Part shown: positions 53,912 through 64,000 of the stretch, in pieces
How the letters are laid out: the number at the start of each line of letters is the position of its first letter
Position numbering within the stretch: position 1 is the first letter of the stretch
Source of the DNA: Gemmatimonadales bacterium
GTDB taxonomy: Bacteria > Gemmatimonadota > Gemmatimonadetes > Gemmatimonadales > GWC2-71-9
Direction of reading: 5' to 3'
DNA: 64,000 bases
Assembly (NCBI GenBank): GCA_037916975.1
Contig: JBAIWX010000030.1
Span: forward strand, 1,330 to 65,329
The notes under the pieces: generated by a model
Seen by the model: the letters and a program-made list of their open reading frames with translations, nothing else
The model's database searches: none
What the model was told of the DNA's origin: nothing
Made by a program: the position numbers and the translations under genes

Positions 53912-54681
53912 GCCGGCACGCCGCGCCCCGCCGACGCCACGAAGGCGAGGAAGCGCTCCACCTCGGGCAGCTGCGGCACCTCCTCCCGCGCCCGCGCGAT
54001 CGCGCGGCCGAGGGAAAGGTCGGAATTGAACACGATCCGGTAGGCGCGCTTGAGCGCGACCGTGACCTCGGGGGAGAACCCGGCCCGCTGGAGCCCCACC
54101 GAGTTGAGCCCGTAGAGCTCGATCGGGCTCCCCACGGCCTTGGTGTACGGCGGCACGTCCTGGTTGACGCGCGAGCCGCCGCCCACGAACGAGTACGCCC
54201 CGATCGTCACGAACTGGTGGATCGCATTGAGGCCGCTGATGATCGCATGGTCGTGCACCGTCACGTGCCCGGCCATCTGCGTCCCGTTGGCGATCGTGAC
54301 GTGGTCGCCGACGTGGCAGTCGTGGGCGAGGTGCACGTAGGTCATGAGGAAGCAGTGCGCCCCCACGCAGGTGCGCCCGGTGGCGGTGGTGCCGCGGTTG
54401 ACCGTCGAGTACTCGCGGATGACCGTCCCCTCGCCGACCTCGACCCAGGTCTCCTCGCCCCGGTACTTCACGTCCTGCGGGTCGCCGCCCAGGATGGACC
54501 CCTCGCCGACCTGCACCCCGGCGGCGAGGCGCACGTGCTGCTGCAGCGTCGCGCGGGGCCCAATGCGACAGCGGTCCCCGACCTCGACCGACGGCCCGAT
54601 GATCGCGAACGGCCCGACCTCGACCTCGGTGCCGAGGCGCGCGGTCGGGTCCACGATGGCGGTGGGATGGATGCGCGTCAC
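53908..54681 (-). CDS. lpxA: Acyl-ACP--UDP-N-acetylglucosamine O-acyltransferase
   Basis: Left-handed beta-helix hexapeptide repeats. Motifs IHPTAIVDP and [11 protein letters not shown], and a C-terminal helical domain. GTG at 54681. Confidence 0.93.
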   Translation of the reverse strand: MTRIHPTAIVDPTARLGTEVEVGPFAIIGPSVEVGDRCRIGPRATLQQHVRLAAGVQVGEGSILGGDPQDVKYRGEETWVEVGEGTVIREYSTVNRGTTATGRTCVGAHCFLMTYVHLAHDCHVGDHVTIANGTQMAGHVTVHDHAIISGLNAIHQFVTIGAYSFVGGGSRVNQDVPPYTKAVGSPIELYGLNSVGLQRAGFSPEVTVALKRAYRIVFNSDLSLGRAIARAREEVPQLPEVERFLAFVASAGRGVPA

Positions 54682-55949
54682 CGGTCCACCACCCGGGCCA
54701 TGAACTCGGCCTCCGCCGCGAGCTGGCCCTCGACGTACGCCTCGCCCTTGAGCCGCAGGGTCCGCCCGCGGTTGGCGAGCAGCTCGACCTCGAGCCGGAG
54801 CTGGTCGCCCGGGATCACCGGCCGGCGGAACTTCACGTTGTCGAGCGACATGAAGTACACGACCTTGCTCGCGGGGTCGTCGATCTTGTCCATCACGAGG
54901 AGGCCGCCCGCCTGGGCCATCGCCTCGACGATGAGCACCCCGGGCATGATCGGGTGCCCCGGGAAGTGGCCCTGGAAGAACGGCTCGTTGATCGTGACGT
55001 TCTTCACGCCGACGATGCGGCGGTCCTCCTCCAGCTCCACGATCCGGTCCACCAGCAGGAACGGGTAGCGGTGGGGGAGTACCTCGAGGATCCTGCGGAT
55101 GTCGATCACGGCGCCTCCCTGGCGCTCGGCGGTCCGGGCGAGGCGCTGCGCCAGCGCCACGTTGCCCTGGTGGCTCGGCCGCTCGGCGATGACGTGCGCC
55201 TGCAGGCGCCCGCCCAGGAGCGCCAGGTCGCCCACCATGTCCCCGGCCTTGTGGCGGACGAACTCGTCGGGCCAGCGCAGCGCCGTCCCGATGAGCCCGT
55301 CGTCCGACAGCACGATCACGTTCTCCGTGGCGCCCCCGAGCGCGAACCCCCGCGCCCGGAGGTCCTCGGCCTCGCGCGCGAACCCGAAGGTGCGCGCGCC
55401 GGCCAGCTCGTCCGCGAAGGTCCGCTCCGAGAGCGTCCACGACCCGGTCTGCCGTCCGATGAGCGGGTGCGCCCACTCGACGGCGACGGTGAGGCGGAAC
55501 CCGGGCGCCGGCTCGACCCGGTAGTGCGACTCGCCCATCGCCAGCTCGAACGGCCGGCGCACGACGAAGCGGACCGGCTCGCCGGGCTGCGTCGCGACGC
55601 CGACCGCCGCGAGCGCCTCGTAGAACGGCCGGAACGAACCGTCGCCGATCGGCAGCTCGGGGCCGTCCACCTCGACCGCCACGTCGTCGAGGTCGAGCGC
55701 GGAGACCGCCGCGAGCAGGTGCTCCACGGTGGACACCGTCGCGTCGCCCCGCCCGAGCCCCGTGCGCCGCTCCGTGGCGCCGACGTAGTGGGGGCGCGCG
55801 AGCACCGCCGGCTCCTCGGGGAGGTCGGTGCGGCGCACCGTGATCCCCTTGCCCGGGGCCTGCGGGCGGCAGGTCACCGTGGTGTGCACCCCGCTGTGGA
55901 GCGCGATTCCCTCGACGCGCGCCTCGCGCGCCAGCGTGCGCCTAGGCAT
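54678..55949 (-). CDS. lpxC-fabZ: Bifunctional UDP-3-O-acyl-GlcNAc deacetylase / 3-hydroxyacyl-ACP dehydratase
   Basis: LpxC half ([28 protein letters not shown]) fused to a FabZ half ([27 protein letters not shown]). Confidence 0.93.
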   Translation of the reverse strand: MPRRTLAREARVEGIALHSGVHTTVTCRPQAPGKGITVRRTDLPEEPAVLARPHYVGATERRTGLGRGDATVSTVEHLLAAVSALDLDDVAVEVDGPELPIGDGSFRPFYEALAAVGVATQPGEPVRFVVRRPFELAMGESHYRVEPAPGFRLTVAVEWAHPLIGRQTGSWTLSERTFADELAGARTFGFAREAEDLRARGFALGGATENVIVLSDDGLIGTALRWPDEFVRHKAGDMVGDLALLGGRLQAHVIAERPSHQGNVALAQRLARTAERQGGAVIDIRRILEVLPHRYPFLLVDRIVELEEDRRIVGVKNVTINEPFFQGHFPGHPIMPGVLIVEAMAQAGGLLVMDKIDDPASKVVYFMSLDNVKFRRPVIPGDQLRLEVELLANRGRTLRLKGEAYVEGQLAAEAEFMARVVDR

Positions 55950-56976
55950 CGGGCGCCGGTGCCTCCACCAACCGCTCCAGGTCCGCGATGATCGGCGCGA
56001 GGCGCAGGAGCGCGGCGCTCGCGCGCAGCGTTTCCCGGTGGCCGCGCGCCGGGTACCCGCTCCACGTCGCCCCCGGCGGCACGTCGCCGAAGACGCGGCT
56101 GCCCGCGCCGATCCGGGCGCCCGCCCCGATGTTCACGTGGTCCGTCACCCCCACCGCCCCGGCGATGATCGCCCCGTCGCCCACCTGCGAGCTGCCGCCG
56201 ATCATCACCCCGCCCATGAGCAGGCAGTGGCGGCCGATGCGCACGTTGTGCCCGACGTGCACCAGGTTGTCGAGCTTGGTCCCGTCGCCGATCACGGTGT
56301 CGTCGATGCTGCCGCGGTCCACGGTGCAGTTCGAGCCGATGTCCACGTCGTTCCCGATCAGGCACCGCCCCACGTGCGGGATGCGCCGGTGGCCCGCGGG
56401 GCCGCTCTGGTAGCCGAAGCCCTCGCCGCCGAGCACCGCGCCGGCCTTCACCCGCACGCGCTGGCCCAGCTCGGTGCCGGGATAGCATACGACGCCGGGA
56501 CCGAGGTCGCACGCCTCCCCGACCACGACGCCCTCGCCGACCACCACCCCCGGCCCCAGCCGCGCGCCCGCGCCGATGTGCGCCCGGGCGCCCACGAGCA
56601 CCCCTGGCCCGACCGTGACGCCCGCACCGAGCTCCGCGCCGGGCCCGAGGCGGGCCGAGGGATCCACCCCGGGCACGGCCGGCACCACGGGATAGAGCGC
56701 CTCGATCACCTGCACGAGCGCCCGCGCCGGGTCCCGCACCACGATGCGCACGGCGGGACCGCCGGGCTCCGCCGCGAAGCGGTCGTTGACGAGCACCGCC
56801 CCCGCGCGCGAGGCGAGGAACATCGCGCGGTAGCCGCCGGTGGTCGCGAGCGACAGCTGCGCGGGGCCGGCGCGGTCGAGCGCCGCCACCCCGGCGAGCC
56901 GGACCGTCCCATCGCCAAGCAGGCGGCCGCCGACGAGGTCGGCGACCGCCTGCGAGGTCAGGCCGTCCGACGGCAC
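55942..56976 (-). CDS. lpxD: UDP-3-O-acylglucosamine N-acyltransferase
   Basis: Hexapeptide repeats and the motif HVGHNVRIGRHCLL. GTG at 56976. Confidence 0.9.
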   Translation of the reverse strand: MPSDGLTSQAVADLVGGRLLGDGTVRLAGVAALDRAGPAQLSLATTGGYRAMFLASRAGAVLVNDRFAAEPGGPAVRIVVRDPARALVQVIEALYPVVPAVPGVDPSARLGPGAELGAGVTVGPGVLVGARAHIGAGARLGPGVVVGEGVVVGEACDLGPGVVCYPGTELGQRVRVKAGAVLGGEGFGYQSGPAGHRRIPHVGRCLIGNDVDIGSNCTVDRGSIDDTVIGDGTKLDNLVHVGHNVRIGRHCLLMGGVMIGGSSQVGDGAIIAGAVGVTDHVNIGAGARIGAGSRVFGDVPPGATWSGYPARGHRETLRASAALLRLAPIIADLERLVEAPAPDA

Positions 56977-56981
56977 GGGCC

Positions 56982-57569
56982 TCAGTTGCCGCTCTTGAGC
57001 CGTTCGATGATGCGCGGGGTCAGGTCGAGCGCGCGATCCACCGCGACGATGCCGCTCCCCGAGGCCGCGACGTCGAAGATGAGCCCGAAGTTCCCCTCGG
57101 CGCGCACCCCCTCGATCACCGCGTTCACCCGCTGCTGCAGCGGGTCGAGCAGCTCCGCCTGCCGCTGCGCCGACTTCTGCTGCAGCTCCGCGTACCGCTG
57201 CTCGAGCTTCTGCCGCTGCTGCTCGAGTTCCGTCCGCTTCGCCTGGCGCTGGCTGGGGCTCAGCACCACGCTCTGCTGGTCGAAGTCCGCCGAGGCGGAG
57301 TCGAGGGTCGCCTGCATCTTCTGCACCTCGGCGCGGTAGCCCTCGTTCTCCCGCGTCCACGTCGACTCGGCCTGGGCCCAGCCCGGCGTGGCCTGCAGGA
57401 TCAGGCGCGAGTTGATGACGCCGATGCGCGTCCCGGCCGGCGCCGCCGCGGGCTTCTCGGTCTCCTTGGCCTTCGGCTGCGTCCGCTGCGCCGAGGCCGG
57501 CACCACCGAGAGGAGGCCGAGCACCGCCGCCGTGATCATCCCACGCACCACTGCACCTGCGCACTTCAT
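56982..57569 (-). CDS. skp: OmpH/Skp-like periplasmic chaperone
   Basis: Signal peptide followed by Gln/Glu/Arg-rich coiled helices. Located between bamA and lpxD. Confidence 0.8.
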   Translation of the reverse strand: MKCAGAVVRGMITAAVLGLLSVVPASAQRTQPKAKETEKPAAAPAGTRIGVINSRLILQATPGWAQAESTWTRENEGYRAEVQKMQATLDSASADFDQQSVVLSPSQRQAKRTELEQQRQKLEQRYAELQQKSAQRQAELLDPLQQRVNAVIEGVRAEGNFGLIFDVAASGSGIVAVDRALDLTPRIIERLKSGN

Positions 57570-57601
57570 GTCGTGACTCCCGAGAAGAGGTATGCGGACC
57601 G

Positions 57602-59989
57602 CTAGAAGAAGTTGCCGAGCCGGAAGTGCACCTGCCAGCCGGGCTTGGGCCGGCCCTGCAGGTCCACCTTGTCGAAGCCGTAGCCCAGGTCGATGCCGAT
57701 CGGCCCGAGCGGCGACACGACCGCCACCCCGAAGCCGGCGCCGCGGAAGAGGCGCGTCGGGTCGTACTGCCGCACCGAGCGGTAGTTGTTGCCCGCGTCG
57801 AAGAAGCTGCTCACGTACAGGAACTGGCTCACGCGGGCGCCCGCCTCGACGGTGAACGCCGCGTAGCTCTTGCCGAAGGCGTTGGCGCTCGCCGTGTTCG
57901 TCGCGGCGTTCGGGTCGAACCCGTCGGGCGTGATGGAGAACTCGTCGTAGCCGCGGAGCGGGATGCCGAACTGCACGCCGCCCATCGAGTAGAGCTCGGT
58001 GAAGAACGGGCCCGCGTCGCCGAAGATGAAGCCGGAGCGCGCCGTCATGCCGAGGACGAGCTGGACGCCGCTCCCGAGCTGCCCCGTCCCGCCGATGGTG
58101 CCGAGGGGCGCGTACCACTTCCCCTCGACGTCGAACTTGCGGTAGTTGCCGGTGCCGCCCAGGATCCCGCCGTTGAGCTCGCCCGAGACGTTCACCTGCT
58201 GGCCGCCGGTCGGGAACGGGAGCCCCACGCGCGTGTCGCGCAGCACCGAGACCCCGACGCTCGAGCGCGTGCAGTTGTTGCAGCGGAAGCGGGCGCGGAG
58301 GTCCTCGGAGCCCTCGGTGAAGCGGATCCGCTGGAGCCCGTACGAGGTGAAGATGCGGGTGTAGCGCGCGCCGAGGAGCGGGAACCCCGCCTGCAGCGAG
58401 AAGCCGGTCTGGCGCCGGCGCCCGAGGTCGCCCACGACGAAGCGGGCGCGCGAGTCGAACACCGAGACGGTGCCCGAGATGCGCGACTCCCGGATCGCCG
58501 GGTCGGTGTAGCTCAGGTTGAAGTCGTTGATGTTGGCGCCGAACTGCCACTGGAGCCGGCCGCGCTTGCCGCGCCCGAAGAGGTTCGGCTCCTCGAGGCC
58601 GAGGAAGCCGCCCAGCCCGGTGCCCTGCCCGAGCGACGCGCCGAAGTTGATGTTCCCCGTCCGCCGCTCGTCCACCCGGAAGACGATGTTCACGTCCACC
58701 TTGTTCTCGGCGGGCTGGACGTCCGGCGCGGGCATCGGCTGCTGGAAGAACCCGAGGTTCTGGATGTTCTGCCAGGATCGGATGAGGAGGTCGCGGTTGA
58801 ACACCTGCCCCGGGAACAGCACGATCGCCTCGCGGATCACCCGCTCGTGCGTCACGTCGTTCCCGACGATGTCGATCTTGTTGATCGTCGCGACCTGCCC
58901 CTCGGCGATGTTCCAGCGGAGGTCCACCACCGGTGTGCCGTCGGGGAGGGTGCGGCGGATCTCCTCCGGCTCCACGCGGGCGTAGATGTAGCCGTTGTTG
59001 CCGTAGAGGTTCTGCACCTTCTCGGTGGCCGCGGTCCACGCCGCGCGGTCGAAGGGCGTCGCCTGCGACGGCGCGGCGCCGAGCTGGACGGGGCCGAAGG
59101 GGTAGATCGCGAGCAGCTCCTCGGCGGAGAAGCGGCGGTTGCCCGCCACGTCGAAGGTGCCGACCCGGTACTGCTTCCCCTCGTCCACCGTGAGCATGAG
59201 CGCGGCCTTGCCCGTGGTGCTGTCGGCGCGGAGGCTGTCGCCGGTCACCTGGAAGTCGATGTAGCCCTTCGTGGCGTACCAGGCCGGGAGCCGCTCGCGC
59301 AGGTCGCCGTCGAGCTTCTCCTCGTCGTACTCGCCCTTCTGGAACCACCAGAACCCCTCGGGCCGGGTGGCCATGTGCTTGACGAGGTCCTTGTCCTTGA
59401 AGGCGGCGTTCCCGTCCACCTGCACCTGGCTGATGGCGACCCGGTCTCCCTCGCTCACGTCGTACGTGACCTTGACCCGTCCCGCCTCGCTCGAGTCCAC
59501 GAGGACCGTGACGCGCGCCGCGTAGAAGCCCTTGTCGCGGTAGAGGGAGTCGATGGCGAAGCGGCCGTGCTCGAGCGCGACGCGGTCGAGGGGTCGGCCC
59601 TCGACGAGCCGCACGCGGGCGCGCAGCGCGCCGGCGTCGAGCTTGCGCGCGCCCTGCACCTGCCAGCGCGCGAGGATCGGCCGCTCCTTCACGCGGATGA
59701 CGATGATGAAACGGCCGGCGGTCACCGCCTGGTCCACGGCCACGTCGTCGAACTGGCCGAGGCGGTAGACGCCCTGGATGGCGCGCTGGATGTCGCGGTA
59801 GGAGGGACGCTGGCCGAGGAGGAGGCCGCTCGCGGCGACGACCTGCGAGGCGGCGACGCGCGCGTTCCCCGCCACGGCCACGCTGTCGAGCGGGGGCGGC
59901 GCCGGGGCCTCCTGCGCGCGGGCGGGAACGCCCGCCAGCAGGGCGAGGGCGGCCACGGTGGCCGCCACGAGGGCGAAGGGGGTCCGCAT
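57602..59989 (-). CDS. bamA: Outer membrane protein assembly factor BamA
   Basis: Signal peptide MRTPFALVAATVAALALLAGVPARAQ, POTRA repeats, and a C-terminal beta-barrel ending HFRLGNFF. Confidence 0.92.
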   Translation of the reverse strand: MRTPFALVAATVAALALLAGVPARAQEAPAPPPLDSVAVAGNARVAASQVVAASGLLLGQRPSYRDIQRAIQGVYRLGQFDDVAVDQAVTAGRFIIVIRVKERPILARWQVQGARKLDAGALRARVRLVEGRPLDRVALEHGRFAIDSLYRDKGFYAARVTVLVDSSEAGRVKVTYDVSEGDRVAISQVQVDGNAAFKDKDLVKHMATRPEGFWWFQKGEYDEEKLDGDLRERLPAWYATKGYIDFQVTGDSLRADSTTGKAALMLTVDEGKQYRVGTFDVAGNRRFSAEELLAIYPFGPVQLGAAPSQATPFDRAAWTAATEKVQNLYGNNGYIYARVEPEEIRRTLPDGTPVVDLRWNIAEGQVATINKIDIVGNDVTHERVIREAIVLFPGQVFNRDLLIRSWQNIQNLGFFQQPMPAPDVQPAENKVDVNIVFRVDERRTGNINFGASLGQGTGLGGFLGLEEPNLFGRGKRGRLQWQFGANINDFNLSYTDPAIRESRISGTVSVFDSRARFVVGDLGRRRQTGFSLQAGFPLLGARYTRIFTSYGLQRIRFTEGSEDLRARFRCNNCTRSSVGVSVLRDTRVGLPFPTGGQQVNVSGELNGGILGGTGNYRKFDVEGKWYAPLGTIGGTGQLGSGVQLVLGMTARSGFIFGDAGPFFTELYSMGGVQFGIPLRGYDEFSITPDGFDPNAATNTASANAFGKSYAAFTVEAGARVSQFLYVSSFFDAGNNYRSVRQYDPTRLFRGAGFGVAVVSPLGPIGIDLGYGFDKVDLQGRPKPGWQVHFRLGNFF

Positions 59990-60039
59990 CCGGGTGGACG
60001 CGGGCGGCGCCCCGCGGGGGACGCCGCCCGGGACGACCG

Positions 60040-62514
<2,475 letters not shown>

Positions 62515-62558
62515 CGTGTCCTAACCTGCCTGCGTCGTGGTGGCCGCTCGGCCGGCGC

Positions 62559-63641
62559 TCACGCGCGCCGCTCGACGTCGGCTTCCAGCGTGCGCCGCAC
62601 GAAGTGTGCGCGTCGCGCCGGAAGGTCCGGATCCCCCACCGCCACGCCCTCCGCCTGCGCCAGGTGAGCCGGCTGGGTGTAGATCAGCAGCTTGTTCAGC
62701 GTGTAGAGGCTCACGCCCGGGATGATCTCCATCCCGACGCCGAGCCGCACGCCGCTGAGGAGGTTCATCGCCTCCTCGAAGGACAGCGTCCGCGCGTACC
62801 GCAGCAGCCCGAAGGCCCGCCAGACCTTGTCCTGGATGATCGTCGGCGCGTCGCGCAGCAGCACCTCGCGCGCCTGTTCCTCGTACGCCATCACCTGCCG
62901 GACCATCTTCGCGAGGTGATCCAGCAGGTCCTGCTCCGACTTGCCGAGCGTGGTCTGGTTCGACAACTGGAAGAAGTTGCCGACCACCTCGCTGCCCTCG
63001 CCGTAGAGCCCGCGATAGGTGAGTCCCACCTGCGCGAGGCCCTGCAGCACCTTCGTGATTTCCTTCGTGAGGACGAGGCCGGGCAGGTGGATCAGCACCG
63101 AGGCCCTGAGGCCCGTCCCGACGTTGGTCGGGCACGAGGTAAGGTAACCGAAATCCGGGTGAAAAGCGAAGGGAAGTCGTTGTCCCAATTCGGCGTCCAC
63201 CCTGTCCACCGCCGCGTACGTCGCCTCCAGCGCGAACCCCGACCGGAGGGCCTGGAGCCGGAGGTGATCCTCCTCGTTGACCATCGCCCCGGCCTCCCCG
63301 GCCAGGAACAGCGTGGCCCCCGACCGGACCCGTCCCGCCCCCTCGAGCCCCGCGAGTTCCTTGCTCACGAGGTGCCGCTCGTGCAGGAACTGGCGGTCCG
63401 TCCGGTCCAGCCGGTCGAGCCGGAGCTCGGCCGCCGACCCGAGGCTCGGCGCCCCGCGGACCGCCCCCTCCACCTCCGCCAGCACCCGCTCCCGCTCGAG
63501 GTCGCTGTTGCGGGTCGAGAAGACGTGCCCGGCCAGGTTCCGGGCGAGGCGCACGCGGGTGGAGAGGACCAGGTGCCCCACCGGCCCGCTCGCGTCGAGC
63601 CACCCGACCCCGCCATCCGGCACGAGCGACAGGTCGATCAT
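62559..63641 (-). CDS. mcsB: Protein arginine kinase (ATP:guanido phosphotransferase)
   Basis: Motifs STRVRLARNL, EEDHLRLQ and YLTSCPTNVGTGLRASV. Confidence 0.9.
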   Translation of the reverse strand: MIDLSLVPDGGVGWLDASGPVGHLVLSTRVRLARNLAGHVFSTRNSDLERERVLAEVEGAVRGAPSLGSAAELRLDRLDRTDRQFLHERHLVSKELAGLEGAGRVRSGATLFLAGEAGAMVNEEDHLRLQALRSGFALEATYAAVDRVDAELGQRLPFAFHPDFGYLTSCPTNVGTGLRASVLIHLPGLVLTKEITKVLQGLAQVGLTYRGLYGEGSEVVGNFFQLSNQTTLGKSEQDLLDHLAKMVRQVMAYEEQAREVLLRDAPTIIQDKVWRAFGLLRYARTLSFEEAMNLLSGVRLGVGMEIIPGVSLYTLNKLLIYTQPAHLAQAEGVAVGDPDLPARRAHFVRRTLEADVERRA

Positions 63642-63997
63642 TCCAGCTCCCGGAGCCGGTCGCGCAGTTCCGCGGCCAGCTCGAAGTTCTCGGCCTCCAC
63701 CGCCCGGCGGAGCTCCGCCCGGAGCGCCTCCGCGGCCGGTGCCGGAGCGGGCACCGGGACGGCGGGCGCGCCCTCGCCGGAGGGGACCGGCCCGCGCGGC
63801 TCATAGCGCTCCCCGACGTGGCGCACGCTCCCGTGAAGCCGCCGGAGCAGGTCCCGCAGCGGGCGCTCGAACACCTCCCAGCACCGCGCGCATCCCAGCC
63901 GCCCCACCTCCCGGAAGTCCTGCAGCGTCGCGCCGCAGCCGGGGCAGGCGAGCCCCTCGACCGGTGCCGCCGGCAGCTCGCCGCTCCCCTTCCCCAT
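63638..63997 (-). CDS. mcsA: McsA-like activator of protein arginine kinase (Zn-finger + UVR motif)
   Basis: CPGCG...CARCW zinc-ribbon pairs and a C-terminal UVR-like motif ENFELAAELRDRL. 4-nt overlap with mcsB. Confidence 0.8.
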   Translation of the reverse strand: MGKGSGELPAAPVEGLACPGCGATLQDFREVGRLGCARCWEVFERPLRDLLRRLHGSVRHVGERYEPRGPVPSGEGAPAVPVPAPAPAAEALRAELRRAVEAENFELAAELRDRLRELE

Positions 63998-64000
63998 CGC

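Overview
GC-rich (by eye well above 65% G+C) bacterial chromosomal segment. The gene content suggests a diderm of Gemmatimonadota-like or FCB-like type, but that is a guess from gene content only; no search was possible. All product calls come from reading the supplied ORF translations for family motifs I recognise. Internal start codons were placed by counting residues back from the ORF-track stops. I support about 60 protein genes and 2 tRNAs. I recognised no rRNA, CRISPR array, transposase, integrase or phage gene. Block 1 (1-15043, plus strand) is one unbroken array: pyrG(partial)-kdsA-kdsC-kdsD-lptC-lptA-lptB-rpoN, then a 5-gene membrane glycosylation module (GtrB-like GT2, GT4, flippase-like protein, YfhO-like GT-C, polyprenol-P-mannose synthase), then dapF and a small Trp-rich ORF. 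Start and stop codons overlap or abut at 13 consecutive junctions, and a clean intrinsic terminator closes the array. Block 2 (15044-20122) is the only accessory-looking part. It contains a ~740-bp ORF-poor island between two convergent terminators, with two AT-rich patches and a 10-bp tandem repeat. It also holds a membrane TPR protein, an orphan 1084-aa protein, and tRNA-Arg(CCT). The orphan protein has a 'GNQAVQRRL' leader of the kind I associate with DUF4157/eCIS cargo, an internal TM hairpin and a Lys/Glu-rich helical body. Block 3 (20123-28059, minus strand) is housekeeping: apt, acyP, dedA, pcm, surE, merR-like, gpsA, plsY, der, DUF512 radical-SAM. Block 4 (28439-35179, mostly plus strand) holds a hybrid histidine kinase, a small ORF and an HDOD protein, then a VIT1 transporter, then a sugar nucleotidyltransferase plus APH-type kinase pair. 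Block 5 (35176-63997, minus strand) is a 29-kb co-directional array. It runs from mcsA-mcsB-clpC through bamA-skp-lpxD-lpxC/fabZ-lpxA-oxidoreductase-lpxB-DUF374-lpxK, gdh, rlmH, a methyltransferase, bshC, murJ, uvrC, thrC, larC, a TPR protein, phhA and tRNA-Gly(CCC) to an SSF symporter. The strongest candidates for something new are the orphan 1084-aa protein with its neighbouring non-coding island, and the glycosylation module fused to the lpt-rpoN operon. None of these candidates can be confirmed without database and structure searches.
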